From Girardia tigrina (taxonomy: Eukaryota): a stretch of DNA of 49,334 nucleotides. The stretch lies in the NCBI GenBank assembly GCA_001938485.1, contig MQRK01227725.1, forward strand, positions 1 through 49,334, given 5' to 3'. This document shows, in pieces, positions 12,111-24,782 of this stretch. Under the pieces are notes generated by a model, which saw only the letters and a program-made list of their open reading frames with translations, was not told the DNA's origin and did no database searches. Position 1 is the first letter of the stretch; every line of letters begins with the position of its first letter. The position numbers and the translations under genes are program-made.

Positions 12111-12688
12111 CAAAATTGGGATTATTACCATTATTATTATTTTTATTAGTAGTATTATTGTTATCCTTGTTTTTAATACAAAATTTATTGATAAAATGTG
12201 TAGGATGAAATCTTAGAAACGTTGCAAACAATCTGTTTGGTGGAGGGCTTAATGTAAAAACTTTTTTCAAAGATTTTCATCTGAAATCTGTAGAGCCGTA
12301 TTCCACCTTCACAGTGAAGCCCTGATGTTATGTTCAAACAGAACTTTTGAAATGATATATAATTTTGAATCGATATATAATAAAAAATTAAAATTTTTAC
12401 GCAATTTATTCGGAACTAATGGTTTTACGAATTCGATTTTACGATAACGTAGATAATTCTATTAATAATAAATCAGACTACAAGTTAACTACATCATAAT
12501 TTGATTCAGATAATGGTATTAAAACAAAAATAGATTAATGGAAAATAAAATAAAAAATTGTGTTAATTAAAATTTATACTGTCGTTGTTTCTTTTCGTTT
12601 ATGTACAGTGAAGCGTTATTAATGTATATCTGATCGCAAAATAGTAGTATTGGGATTATTACCATTATTATTATTTTTATTAGTAGTC
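12047..12688. repeat. Local ~110-bp direct duplication (12047-12155 and 12574-12688)
   Basis: TTTATACTGTCGTTGTTTCTTTTC...GATCGCAAAAT..TGGGATTATTACCATTATTATT is present twice, nearly identical. Confidence 0.8.
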
Positions 12689-12824
12689 TTGTTCAATATC
12701 AAGGAAACGCGAATATAAAAGATAGGAACAATGTATCTAAATCATACGATGAAAGCAAGGCCGTCGGTTCACACTTTATTCTTACCAATAAGATATTATC
12801 CAGATCATCATTTAAAAGGAATTC

Positions 12825-13016
12825 ATTCATTTAAGTAGCTGTTCATATTTTTATTCATGTATTTTCTGAAAGGTCTTTGCATGCCGTGTTCATGTGTTGG
12901 ATGACCACATTTCGAAGAATCGTTTGTGACCAGTAAGAATATAAATAAATATTAAGATATGAAATTTAAAACTTCCAAAGTCACCTAACTCTACGAATAA
13001 TTTAGTGTTATCGAGA
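12825..13016. repeat. Rearranged fragments of the OTU-carrying element
   Basis: 12825-12942 is the reverse complement of 14926-15044. 12960-13016 is a direct copy of ~14567-14624. Confidence 0.8.
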
Positions 13017-13708
13017 AGGAATTTTCAACCAAGTCAGGCTGTCTAGGTCGAATGTCTGCGATATGTCTTGGACACAAAATCCGTTGCAATTTCATTTAAA
13101 CCTAACTTAAATGTTCAAAACGATTCATATAATCATATTAAAATATTTTAATTTTTTGTTTATTTTTATTGTAATTTTAAATTATAATTTAAACAAAGCC
13201 TGAAATTAAGTGATCGTACGTAATAGTACGTCGATAAATAAATGACTTCAATTTGAAATTTTAAATTAGTCAACTGACGATGCCAAAACTTTCAAAACAT
13301 GTACTGAGAAATAAATATTGAAACAAATGGCATTTTACGTGTTATTTAATCGATTACCATTAGAATGAGGATTCAAAATAAATAAATTTTACTTCATTAA
13401 TTTGTTGGGGTCATATTTGTATAAAGTTGATTTTTTATGTAAAGTTATTTTTTCTTGATTAGTTCATTTTATTTAATTTATTGTTTTGATTTTTGGAGTA
13501 AATAAATGTTATTTTATGATAAATAAAAGCTTGTATATATTTTATATAATACGATATTATTATATATGAATGTATATATTATTTATTTTCTTTGAAATAA
13601 TAACATATAAATTTTAGATATTATGTATGTATAAAGGTGGCGCATAAAATATTATTTTAAAAAAGATAACGCATGAATTGATGTGAGCAATTGATGACGA
13701 CTTAATCA

Positions 13709-13834
13709 TTAATCATTACTTCAGTTTCGAAAACCAACAAAATAAAACCGAAGTCCTATTTTATTATTCCATGCAACAATATGTAAGCATAAGCCTGCTT
13801 TAAGCACTATATTTTTTTCAAAGTAAACTTGTCG
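13709..13834 (-). rRNA. 18S rRNA gene fragment (pseudogenic, 3' side of V4)
   Basis: Reverse complement reads AAGTTTACTTTGAAAAAAATATAGTGCTTAAAGCAGGC..GCATGGAATAATAAAATAGGACTTCGGTTTTATTTTGTTGGTTTTCGAAACTGAAGTAATGATTAA, a conserved eukaryotic SSU segment. Confidence 0.9.
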
Positions 13835-14240
13835 TTTATCAATCTTTCTGTCAGCGGAGAACAGATGTTACATAGATCTTTATTAGAAATTTGTAGCGCG
13901 TCTCTATTCGCTTCAATCACGCATATCTTATTTCGATTTGTATTTAAACACAATTAAGAATTTTACTTTATCTACAGAAATTTCGAAACCAAACTTGGAT
14001 TTTTAATATTAATTCGACTCAGAGGAATAGACCAAAATGATTCTAAAAACAATTTAAATTTGAAAATTGATAGTCAAATTCTCGCCTCGAAGTTCAATTT
14101 ACATTATCCTATTTTTGAAAAAAGAAAATTTTGAGATTTAATTATACCTGGCAGTTCAATTTATATTATCCTATTTTAGTGAAAAGAAAATTTTTGAGGT
14201 GTCCAGAGATAATCCTAGTAAGATTAAATTTGTTTCCGAG

Positions 14241-15438
14241 TCGGTGTGGCGTAAAATTTCCCTCCATCCACGAAATATTTAAAAAAATTCCCTCCAGCAA
14301 CATAATTTTATGCATAAAATTTCCCCCACTTGTTATATCTCTATTTTAAAGTAGATTTACTGTGCATAACATTTCACTAACACTTAAAAATTTTGCAATT
14401 TTATTTAAATTGCGATAAAATAAACTGAGTTTTTTTAAATCCTTTCAAGAAGACATGGTAACAAATTTTTTGACAGCAAAATTTTAAGAAAAAAATAATT
14501 TAAACTATTAGAACGCTAAATTTATTAATAACCTTTGAACTTGGACAACAAAAATCAAGCCGTGAATGAAATTTAAAACTTCCAAAGTCACCTACCTCTA
14601 CGAATAATTTAGTGTTATCGAGAAAATGTATTCATATTTAACTTTAGAACCATAAAAAATGGGCAAAATATCCAAATTTAACCTACTCGATTATATGATC
14701 TACATTCCATATAAATAAAATGTAAAAATAAATAAAATAGAAAAACGTAAAAATATTGAGAGGTTTTGGAATGATGTCTTTTTCAAATATTATATTCTTG
14801 TCTTTATTTTAAAAGTCATTCTTTGTACTGCGGTTTGACACGAGAATATTAGAAATAAAAACATACTTGAGATTGAAGGAACAAGGTGGAGACGTTATTT
14901 GGCAAGAACATAAAGTCCATTTCGGATATTCTTACTGGTCATAAACGATTCTTCGAAATGTGGTCATCCAACACATGAACACGACATGCAAAGACCTTTC
15001 AGAAAAATACATGAATAAAAATATGAACAGCTACTTAAATGAATCAAGTATGTGGATTGATGTGGTATGGGCTACAGATGCATAAATTTTAGCAACGGCA
15101 TCTATTTTGAAAACAGATATTTTAGTCCACTCCGCATATGGTTGTGATGGTAAAAAGGGGCTGCGGTATCCTGCATCGTTTTCTCTTGATAAGGCGTCAG
15201 AATTTATCATCTTGTAGGCGCACAGTGACGAACATTTTGATCCCGTTCTTACTAGTACATAGAAAAAGTGTTAGAATTTTATGTGCATCGCTGTTTGTCG
15301 ATTATAGTTTTATATTCTGAATATAAAATTTGAAAATGTAATTGTATAGTGAGCAGAACGTTTCATAAAAAAATCGTGACAGGGGAGAAAAATTTTCAAA
15401 AAATTTCGTGGGTGGAGAGAATTTTTATTTCACACCGG
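14241..15438 (+). mobile_element. Non-autonomous TIR element (MULE-like) with ~75-bp imperfect TIRs
   Basis: Left CGGTGTGGCGTAAAATTTCCCTCCATCCACGAAAT.. matches the reverse complement of the right end CGGTGTGAAATAAAAATTCTCTCCACCCACGAAAT... No TSD seen. Confidence 0.65.
14865..15262 (+). pseudogene. OTU-like cysteine protease (deubiquitinase) domain remnant
   Basis: KSISDILTG..LRNVVIQHM..YLNESSM..VWATDA*ILATASILKTDILV..IIL*AHSDEHFDPV fits the OTU W-x-T-D-x-E-I and H-F-D motifs. Contains stops and frameshifts. Confidence 0.65.
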
Positions 15439-15719
15439 CATAACTTATTTCCTTTTTGTTTTCGAGAAGAATTGGTTTGGGTTATTACTGATTAGATTTA
15501 TTATTTTATAACTTCATTAAATTAATAATAAATATAATATTTAAATTTCTATCGCAAATTGTTATCCCTATTTATACTAAATTGATAATTTATATTATCT
15601 GTAATTAAGAAAACTGTAGATCTCCTGAACGGCGTTCCTTTGAGGTCTGTATAAGTAAATAACATTAAGGCCAACATTGCTTATTCATATTTTTGGTGTA
15701 AATTTATATTTATATTATT

Positions 15720-15721
<2 letters not shown>

Positions 15722-15750
<29 letters not shown>

Positions 15751-15800
15751 NNNNNNNNNNNNNNNNNNNNNNNNNNNNNNNNNNNNNNNNNNNNNNNNNN

Positions 15801-15855
<55 letters not shown>
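15722..15855. repeat. (TA)n microsatellite spanning an assembly gap
   Basis: Direct reading. Other (TA)n runs occur at ~18785, ~31229 and ~31747. Confidence 0.95.
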
Positions 15856-15858
<3 letters not shown>

Positions 15859-16320
15859 AATACATATTTATTAAAATTTCGTCTCACATTGCTGCTAATT
15901 TTTAAGTGGAATATAGATAGAGAATTTTGTCAATTCAAAGAATTTGAAACTATTTTAATTCTATTAACTTAGGTTTGATTTCTTTCTTTTAATTCATTTT
16001 AATAAATGTAAAATCATTTTGATGAATATTTTTGTTTAAAAATATAAAAAATTGAATGTTATTTAACCTAATTACAATTATAATTATATGAAAAATTATT
16101 TGAAAATATAAATGAGCGGATTAATTATTAATTAGGAAAATAGTTGAAAAAAATATTAAAAATCCATTCCGTGGACATGGTCCACCAACTGATGCAGAAA
16201 ACGACTTTAAAATTTGTTTTAAAGTTGTTTTACAATAAAGATATAATTTGAGTTAAATGAATATTCACATCACAAATACTTCTCACGCGTATAATATTTA
16301 AAAAACATAAAACAATTTAG

Positions 16321-16661
16321 ACATTGGAGGTGATCAAACGCAGACAAAAATATTAAAAAGCCATTTCCTGGACATGGTTCACCAACTGATGCAGAAAACG
16401 ACTCTGCAGCAGTGCGACCAGTCACAATTAAATGAGGCGGGCAGCAAGTTGATGGAGATGATCAATAGATCATCTCCCACATATTATGGGAACATCAGAT
16501 ATATAATATCTGATGTTCTAAAGAAGTTGCGCGCTATATTTGAAGAAAACGTGGCTTGCAGTGTGAACGATGTTGCTGCACGGCTAGATGAAGTAGTCAA
16601 GTCCGTCGTGACAGAGATCGCGAACCAGACTTTATTGAATGCAGCCATGGCTGATGACTCG
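16321..16661 (+). CDS. Candidate internal coding exon, unknown helical protein
   Basis: TTAG acceptor at 16320, open frame of 113 codons (IGGDQTQ..NAAMADDS), GTAATA donor at 16662, GC content well above the flanks. Confidence 0.45.
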
Positions 16662-18129
16662 GTAATATTATCAATTTTTTTGAATTATTATTTTCATTTT
16701 AATTCTTTAAAATGTTTCTTTAATTATATTTTACAGTTCTATGCACATATCTTAAAATTGACTGACGATTATGAAAGAAACTACATTTTTTACATATTTA
16801 TTAATATTCTGTTTTAAATTTTATATATGCTATGCCGAATTCTTTAACTATATGATAAATTTTCATTTTAATATGACAATTTCTGTATTAAATGTGAAAG
16901 ATTATCAATTTAATATGAAAAAATATCAATAAAATATGAAAAAATATCATAAATATTTTAATAAATCATTAACAAAACTTTCAATGAAAAATATTATTGC
17001 GTACCAAGAGGAAATAATACTTATAAATTTTTTATTTGGTAAAATGACATACTTATTATTCTAAAAAAACACACTGTAAAAAGTCAATAAATAAAAATGT
17101 TTAATTGGACGAAACATGGCATTGCATAAAAAATTTGGATAAAAACGGAAATTATTTAGATAATTAATTCACCTAGCTGTCAAATCTCTTCTTCATCTCT
17201 GTAGAGATCTCTTCATCCAATTTCTTTCCTTAAATCCAAGCTTGTTGATTCAGGATCTTTGCCAAAATGACATATACTGCTAAAAAACCAATAGGATCGA
17301 ATATCCGAGCTATTATACTCTATAGCTTCCCTATAGAACTTGTATTTTCATCAATAAATAAATTTTGAATTTCAACACTTCCTTTGATCTCTTTAAAAAA
17401 TTTTAGGTAACCACTTCATTTCTAAAGTACATATCAACTGTTCATCACCGTATCTAAACGATACTACTACAATTCCTTCTACTTCAAGAATTCCCACCAG
17501 GGTCCTTTCTGAATTGATCACTATTCCCTCGCTTTATATTAAATTGCCCAGTAATTTTTTTCCTGTCTTTATCATGTTGTTTAGACAAGTTCCCATTGTC
17601 CTCACCGCTGCACCAGACAGTCCTTTCGTTTGTCCTTTTCGTTCGTCTTTTTCATTTTAATTACTGCAAAACGATGAAGATAAAACGTGACATTCTCTTC
17701 CTTTTCCTTATCAATTTTCTTAATATATTCTTTTTCATGATATTTATTTATAACATTTGTATACAACTTATTTAACACTTGATCTTTATTAAGTCATCCC
17801 TAACGATCTCAATCGTTTTTCCGAAGTTATTCTGGATCCAAGCCAAAAGTTTTTAACGTTCATTCCAAGGTGTAACTACTTCATATAATATTATACGGCT
17901 TTACTATAATACGGCTTTTTTAGTTATTTGATCCATTTGGCTCCCGAATCTTTCCTCCAATGAACCATGAAAAACTAGATAGTAAAGGCAAATTAGAATC
18001 TCCTCTACCTCGTTTTTATGTGTCTCGCTTGCTTGTTTTGTCACAAATTGTCACTTATTATTTTTAACTATTAAAATTTGAAGTTATAAATTTATTATCT
18101 GTTTTATTTTATTTTATTGTTTCGTTCAG

Positions 18130-18519
18130 GCTGAATTTAAAAGAAAATCTCGACAAATTTATGCACTACATGAATATAAATTAGAAAAATTGTTAGGTTA
18201 CAAGGTGATAATAGTTTAAATTTATATATTTCTTTTAAATAAACATTAAGGGCAAGTCTGCGGAACAAAAGGAAAAAGGACCTTTTGAGACAGCAAATAG
18301 AGACAGACAAAAAATTGTAAGTTTGAAAGGCATATGAATATATTGAGATAATATATTCAAAATTCAGAAAAAGTGACCGGTATGTCTCAGAAATGAAACC
18401 GATGTGGCGCTGTAATGCGGACATTTGTTTTGTGCGATTTGTGTGAAAGATCTTGGAGATATTTGCCAAATTTGTAGAAAAAAAATTTGAAATAATGAGA
18501 TCAATAAAACAATTATAAA
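18130..18519 (+). pseudogene. RING-finger (C3HC4) protein 3' exons, copy 1
   Basis: Three GT-AG exons. Last exon K*PVCLRNETDVAL*CGHLFCAICVKDLGDICQICR has stops. Lies in the ~550-bp duplicated unit 18039-18588. Confidence 0.75.
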
Positions 18520-18778
18520 ATTTCTTTGTTCTGTTTTTGTAAATTTGTAAATTGTATTTATTGAAGTTATTTTTTATTGATTCAAATTCCGTGTTGATTT
18601 AGCAGTCGGTCAATTAAATCGACTGCAAGCACCTATCAGCTAAGGTACTGTTCCGACAGAACCATCACTTAATACTTTTAACTTATAAAATTTGAAGTTA
18701 TAAATTTATTATATGTATATTATTATGAAGTACCAGTGTGTGGATTCGAAAATGAATCATGGTCCTTCGGCAATAGCG

Positions 18779-18814
<36 letters not shown>

Positions 18815-19005
18815 CTCACTATTAATGATAATTTCTTAATGTTAAATTATTTCACAATTATTATTAGATTGCCTATTTTTTCCAATGTTACGTTCCAAAA
18901 TTATGAACCCCCCATGTCACAAATTGTCACTTATTATTTTTAACTATTAAAATTTGAAGTTATAAATTTATTATCTGTTTTATTTTATTTTACTGTTTCT
19001 TTCAG

Positions 19006-19397
19006 ACTGAATTTAAGAAAAAATCTAAGGAAATTTATATACTACATGAAAATAAGTTAGAAAAATTGTTAGGTTACAAGGTGATAATTGTTTAAATTTA
19101 TATATTTCTTTTGTGTAAACATTAAGGGCAAGTCTTCGGAGAAAAAGGAAAAGGGAATTTTGAAAACAGTAAATATCGTCGGAAAAAAACCAGTTGTAAG
19201 TTTTAAAGGCATAGGAATATATTAAGATAATATATTCAAAATTCAGAAAAAAGTGTCCGGTATGCCTCGGAAATGAAATCGATGTGGCGCTGCAATGCGG
19301 ACATTTTTTTTGTTCGCAATGTGTGGAAGGACTTGGAACACGCTGCCCAATTTGTAGAGATGAATTGAAAATAATTAGATCAATAAAACATTTATAA
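19006..19397 (+). pseudogene. RING-finger (C3HC4) protein 3' exons, copy 2
   Basis: Exons 19006-19080, 19127-19195 and 19247-19397. Intact RING CPVCLGNEIDVALQCGHFFCSQCVEGLGTRCPICR. The middle exon has a 1-nt insertion relative to copy 1. Unit 18915-19465. Confidence 0.8.
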
Positions 19398-22300
19398 ACT
19401 TTCTTTGTTTTGTTTTTAATTTGTAAATTGTATTTATTAAAGTTATTTTTTATTGATTCAAATTCAGGCTTCTAAATGCAATTTTTGAAATCAATTAGAA
19501 TTTTAAATTCGTGATAGATTCGCTGCAGGAATCAACAATCCTGAAGTTTAACAGAAGTTGTTGCGAGAGAAGGATTTTACATATCAAAAAGCCCGCAATA
19601 TCATACAAAAATATGATTTATATAATTCAAAGAATATTCCACCTATTTGAGACAAATACAAAAGTGACACCAGAACTGAATAATTCTCAAAATACATTCT
19701 GATTTTAAAACCGTTATTGATTTATTTTAAATTTTACTATTAAAAACAAATCGAAAAACGGTTTTTTTGAAAATATCTGCAAATTTGGTTGAATTATTTT
19801 AATTTGATGTCAAAACGATTCCAAAAGTGCAAATCGAAAGATTGCTTTTTTAAACCCTTTGTTAATCTGTCAGCTCATTTTACACAGTTGAACAATTAGA
19901 ACATACTGGTTAGAGTTAATTACTGCGAATTTATAATATTATAATAAAAATCACAATTTTTTTGTTTCAAATTTCCAAAAACACATTACAAAAATGAAAA
20001 TATTTTTCAATATAATTCTACAGATATAGTGACCAAAGTTATACTTAACACCCAGAGAGACGAAAACTTGGTAAGAGAGGAAGAGGAAGAGCCGACAACA
20101 ATCCAATCGAACCATCAGTTTCTGGACGGAACTGTGAGTATGCCGGGACACAGAACGAACAATACGCTGGAGAAACACACAGAGACTACCGATTACCCGA
20201 TATATATATATAAGTATTTACATTATAAAATTTAAAATTTAAGGTCACACGAGGGTCCATAATTTAATCACGCATCGTATGCCTTGCGTATTCACGCATC
20301 ATAGTGCTACACATTTTCATTTTTTATATTTTATACGTATTTTTGTGTTTTATTCATATAACTAGCCACGCTTTGCGCGCGAGTTTCTTTTATATATTAA
20401 CTCATAATTTAGAAGTTGTAATTACTCAAATTAAAATTATTTTAGCATATTTAATCAATATTTCGAGGAGATTAGAAGAACTTTAGCAGCCTCATAGTGT
20501 GTCCTGATTTCTTGACGAAAATTTACCATAAATTTTATAATCTTTCCGGAGAAGGATTAAATTCATTTCCCGTACAGTTAATGTCGAGTTTTATAATTTT
20601 AGAAGAACTAATATTGAGTTCTATAAATTGGGAAGAATAAATACCCAGTTCTATAATTTGGAAAGGATTTTTGATTGCATACTGGTTAGAGTGAATTTAT
20701 AATATTATAATAAAAATTCATATTGAAATTTCATATTTTAAATCTTAATTATTAGTATACTAAATTAATAATCTTTATTATCTATAATTAAAACTTGGAT
20801 CTACTGGACGGTTACTCCTTTGAGATCGTAATTGTAGTAACATTAAGGTTAAAATCGTGTAGTAAGAATTATTGTACATTGTTATATATCAAAATACATA
20901 TTTTGAATCAATTGTCTTGCATTGTCAATTATTAATTATTGAGTGTTAATTTTTAATTATTGATTATCAATCATTGATTATTGGTTGTTAATTATTATTT
21001 ATTGTTTGTTGATTATTAATTGTTGAAGAATCAAATTAATAAAAAACCTTTTGACGTTGTTAATTAACTAAATTGAAAATTAATTTAAATAGTTCCGATT
21101 GGAAGTCTTGTAAATTCCTAACTTAATTGATTTCTGAGATTTCAACTTCGGCTCATTTCTCTTTATTAAGTAACATTATAGAGATTGCATAAATAAACTT
21201 ACCCCATCTCCAACTTAACAGAACCATTAAATTACAGAATATTTATAAAATATATTTATTTAAAATACAGAATATTTACACAAATGTTTAGATTCTTGTA
21301 GATTTGCTTTGCTTTTTGAAAGGCCATTTCAATAAATCAAAAAAATATGATTAAATCGAACTGCATATTTTATTTTTTTAGTATGGTAATGCAAATAGAA
21401 TTATTATTTGAAAATAAAAACTGATTTTTTGAATTACGTCTTTTGTTTTCCTTATTTATTATTTCAAAGAAGTTCATATAAAAAATTCAAATTTTACTTT
21501 TCTAATTATTAAGAACACTAATGCAACTTTCAATATTTTTATTAGTATTAAAAGTTCGATTATCCTCAGGACAATCTTTAGTCAAAGCTTTCATATATTT
21601 TCATCCTTCTAATTAATTAATAACTTTAATTCTATTATCTGAGTAAATGAAAATTACAAAGTCCCTTAAATATTTACTACAAATTTTATTTGTTAAAAAT
21701 TAAAATGAATAATAATTATTTGAAAAATATTTCAATGTAATTATTAGAAATAAATTTAAACATTACATATTTTCAGATAAGAATTAAAATATCAATCAGC
21801 CATCTGGATAGGAGAGACACAATTCGAAATCAACACATAACATCCAAACAAAAAACATCAAAAATTCCTTACACTGATTATCAGGACTATGTTTAGTCCC
21901 TTATTTAAAATTTAGTACTTGTTTTAAATATTTTTAAAATTTTCATCAGAATTCTTGATTCTCCAGAAAATTTTTAATTTATCCTCGATTTCTTGAGAAG
22001 TTCAAAAGGTCGGTAAATTGACATTTCTGTCCACAACCGATTTGCAAACACCCAATCAATGAGAAAGTGCGCTCACTCAGTCGTGGACGCACAAATATAC
22101 AAAACAGAACAGTACGGGTAGGTTTAGGCGAAGTCTTTTATTTACTGAAAGATTCCATTACGCTGTCCATAGTCAATTCAAGTGAGTAATATTTCTACCA
22201 CAAAGCAATGAAGTACAAAGTAATGGACGTAACATGGATAAAAAACCAGACAGTATAGATGAGTCCCAGGAGGAAATGGAAAACTTTTATCTATTTGTTC

Positions 22301-22893
22301 TAAACGAGCTGCTTCAGACTTTTTAGGGGATTATTGATTAGAATTTACTAAAATGGATAATAATCTGCTGTTCTCAAAGATTTTGTTGTATTCAGTCGAA
22401 TACAAAGACCAGCGCTACGAATGGATTATTTGAGATGATTATTAAGAAATTCCACCTCAGTTATATTGAACTATACAAAATGCAACTTTCAAAATAGAAA
22501 TAAATATGAAGAGGTTGATAGCTATAACGAGTTAGTTCTAAAGCTTCTTATTTCTGAAAATTTTCTGATAGATTGATTAATTCTGCATTATATATTTTTA
22601 CTTCTATATAACACCTGTAGATGAAAATAAGTAACTGTTAATGATTCAAAATGAAATCAAATAGAAGATAATTGGATTGAAAGGATTACATCTATAAAAT
22701 ATTTTGAAATTACGAAATAACGGAAGACTTTTAAATAAAAAATTATTATTTGCAACTAAAAGATCTGAAATATTAAATATAGTTAACCGTAAGATACGAA
22801 TATTGTGTTTAGCGAATAACATTATTTTCATACCTTTTTAGACAAAAATAGGATTAACTATTACTTGTACATTTTTAATCTCAAAAATATTAT

Positions 22894-23749
22894 TGTTCCG
22901 CCCGACCCTCAGGTCGCCCCGAGAATTGGACGGAGGTAGCAGGGTTGCGCAGGGAAATTCTGTGGATGAATTGCTAGGCCCAGATAAATTGATTGATTGC
23001 CAAATTGAAAAGATCATGTGAAATCGAATCTGTAATTGATCTCAAAACGATGTTAAGAATGAATTTAACTTTCCTTTGATTACAACATTCGTGAGGAGTA
23101 TCGTTTCGAAATAACAGTTGCTCGATAATAAATTCTGTCATAATGGAGAAATAATGTGATTTCAGAAATATGTGAAGAAAATCTCTGTGTGAAGAACATC
23201 CAGAGCCGTTTTAATTATTAAAATAAGCGAAAAATATTTCGGTAAATCGGAGATATATGTTGTAATTTACAGGAGAGTTTTCTGGGAGCCATTTTATATA
23301 TCGATATGTCAAACGGGGCAGCGGACAAATATCAATGGCATAATAATAATTTCGAATGGCTAAATTATGGATTGAGCTAAATTGAAATAACGGATTGAAA
23401 TCAGAATTGAGCTAAGTTATCATTGATTTCAGTGAATGATCGATCAGTGAGCAGTCAAAATAAATCAAAAACATGAAATTAATATCGAAATCCATTAATT
23501 AATCAATTTATTTTTCCAGAAATTTAACAGATGTTAATTTAATTTTAATGCGACCAAACAAATTTTCAAGATCACTCTACAAATAACAAAATTGTTTTCT
23601 CAAAAAACCAATGCTTCACAAAAATATAAATGTTTTTCAAAATAAATCTAAAAAAACTCATCCTTCTTTCCAAATTCTCTTTTGATAATATAAATAATGA
23701 TAATAATTTAATGTAAAATATAATAATTCAAATGTTCGAATCCCGAACA
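22894..23749. mobile_element. Solo LTR (856 bp), probably BEL/Pao or Gypsy
   Basis: TGTTC...GAACA termini and perfect 5-bp TSD ATTAT (22889-22893 / 23750-23754). Confidence 0.75.
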
Positions 23750-24782
23750 ATTATTATCATTTTCTTTAGCTATATCAATATATTAAGTTATAATTATAAA
23801 CTGATATATATTATACCCTGATCTTCTTACCCCACCCTATCTGATAAACTGTGGAAGGTAGTCGATTTGGGTCGAGAAAAAACTCTATTGACAGTGTATT
23901 TTAAATTTTAAAATGACCCTGGACACTTGTTATACTATAATTTAAGTTTTGTGAGTATTAGGGAACCCTATGTTTTGCTGTGATATGTACAAAAATGTTC
24001 CTGTGAATAAATAGTTTAAATATTAAATCGGCTAAAGAAAATTAAATATTTATCTAATGTGAATAAATAAAAGAAAGATGATTCAAAGGGGTTCCAGGAC
24101 TTAGCAGAACAGTAAAAAAAATTATAATTATGAGTAGTATAAACCTACATCCTTAACGAATATTATTATGTCATCCGAGACGAACAATTCGATAGCTGAA
24201 ACGACAAACGAAGAAGAAAGGGCTCAACTTTGCACCAAATATTTTTCATATGAAATTGAATACAATCTAGTGGCTCACCGAATCGCTAAAGAAAAAATAC
24301 TAAACATGGATAAGAGAACTTTAATCTTTATGTCATTAACGAGTTAGCTTTATAGAAACTATTCCACAACCGTAAAAATTGAAAAGAACTATGTGTTGCT
24401 TGTTCGAGATTGAACTTCATCGGTGTGAGTTTCAAACATTATTTGTTTTAATCCTGAAAACAAAACATCTTTGTTCACTCGAAGTATTCAATGTCTATTT
24501 TTATAGTGTCAATAATTTTGTTTTGTTCCTTAAATTTTCATAAAATGACATTTTTATTATTTTTCTTCCAATATGCTAATTTGTATCATCTTTACTCAAT
24601 TCAAATTGACGAAACTAAATTAATGTTGGTCTTCGTAATCCATTCAGTTCTCTGACAATAAAAGTTCAAAACGTTCTGAGATTACAATTAAACTACGTTA
24701 AAATCTGCACATTAATTATTTTAATTAAATTCTTTTACAATTAGACTACAATCCCTTTTTTATTTAACTTAAAACTAATAAT

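Noticed and set aside
15677-15972. ORFs with YIYI runs
   Set aside because: Artefacts of (TA)n and N gaps. The same applies to ORFs 7833-8072 and 31561-31911.
17170-17660. Purine-rich minus-strand stretch resembling a degraded retroelement ORF
   Set aside because: Too many stops and no diagnostic motif.
20024-20135. Possible host exon
   Set aside because: Splice-like sites are present but ambiguous, with no recognisable product or phase link to the 16321 exon.
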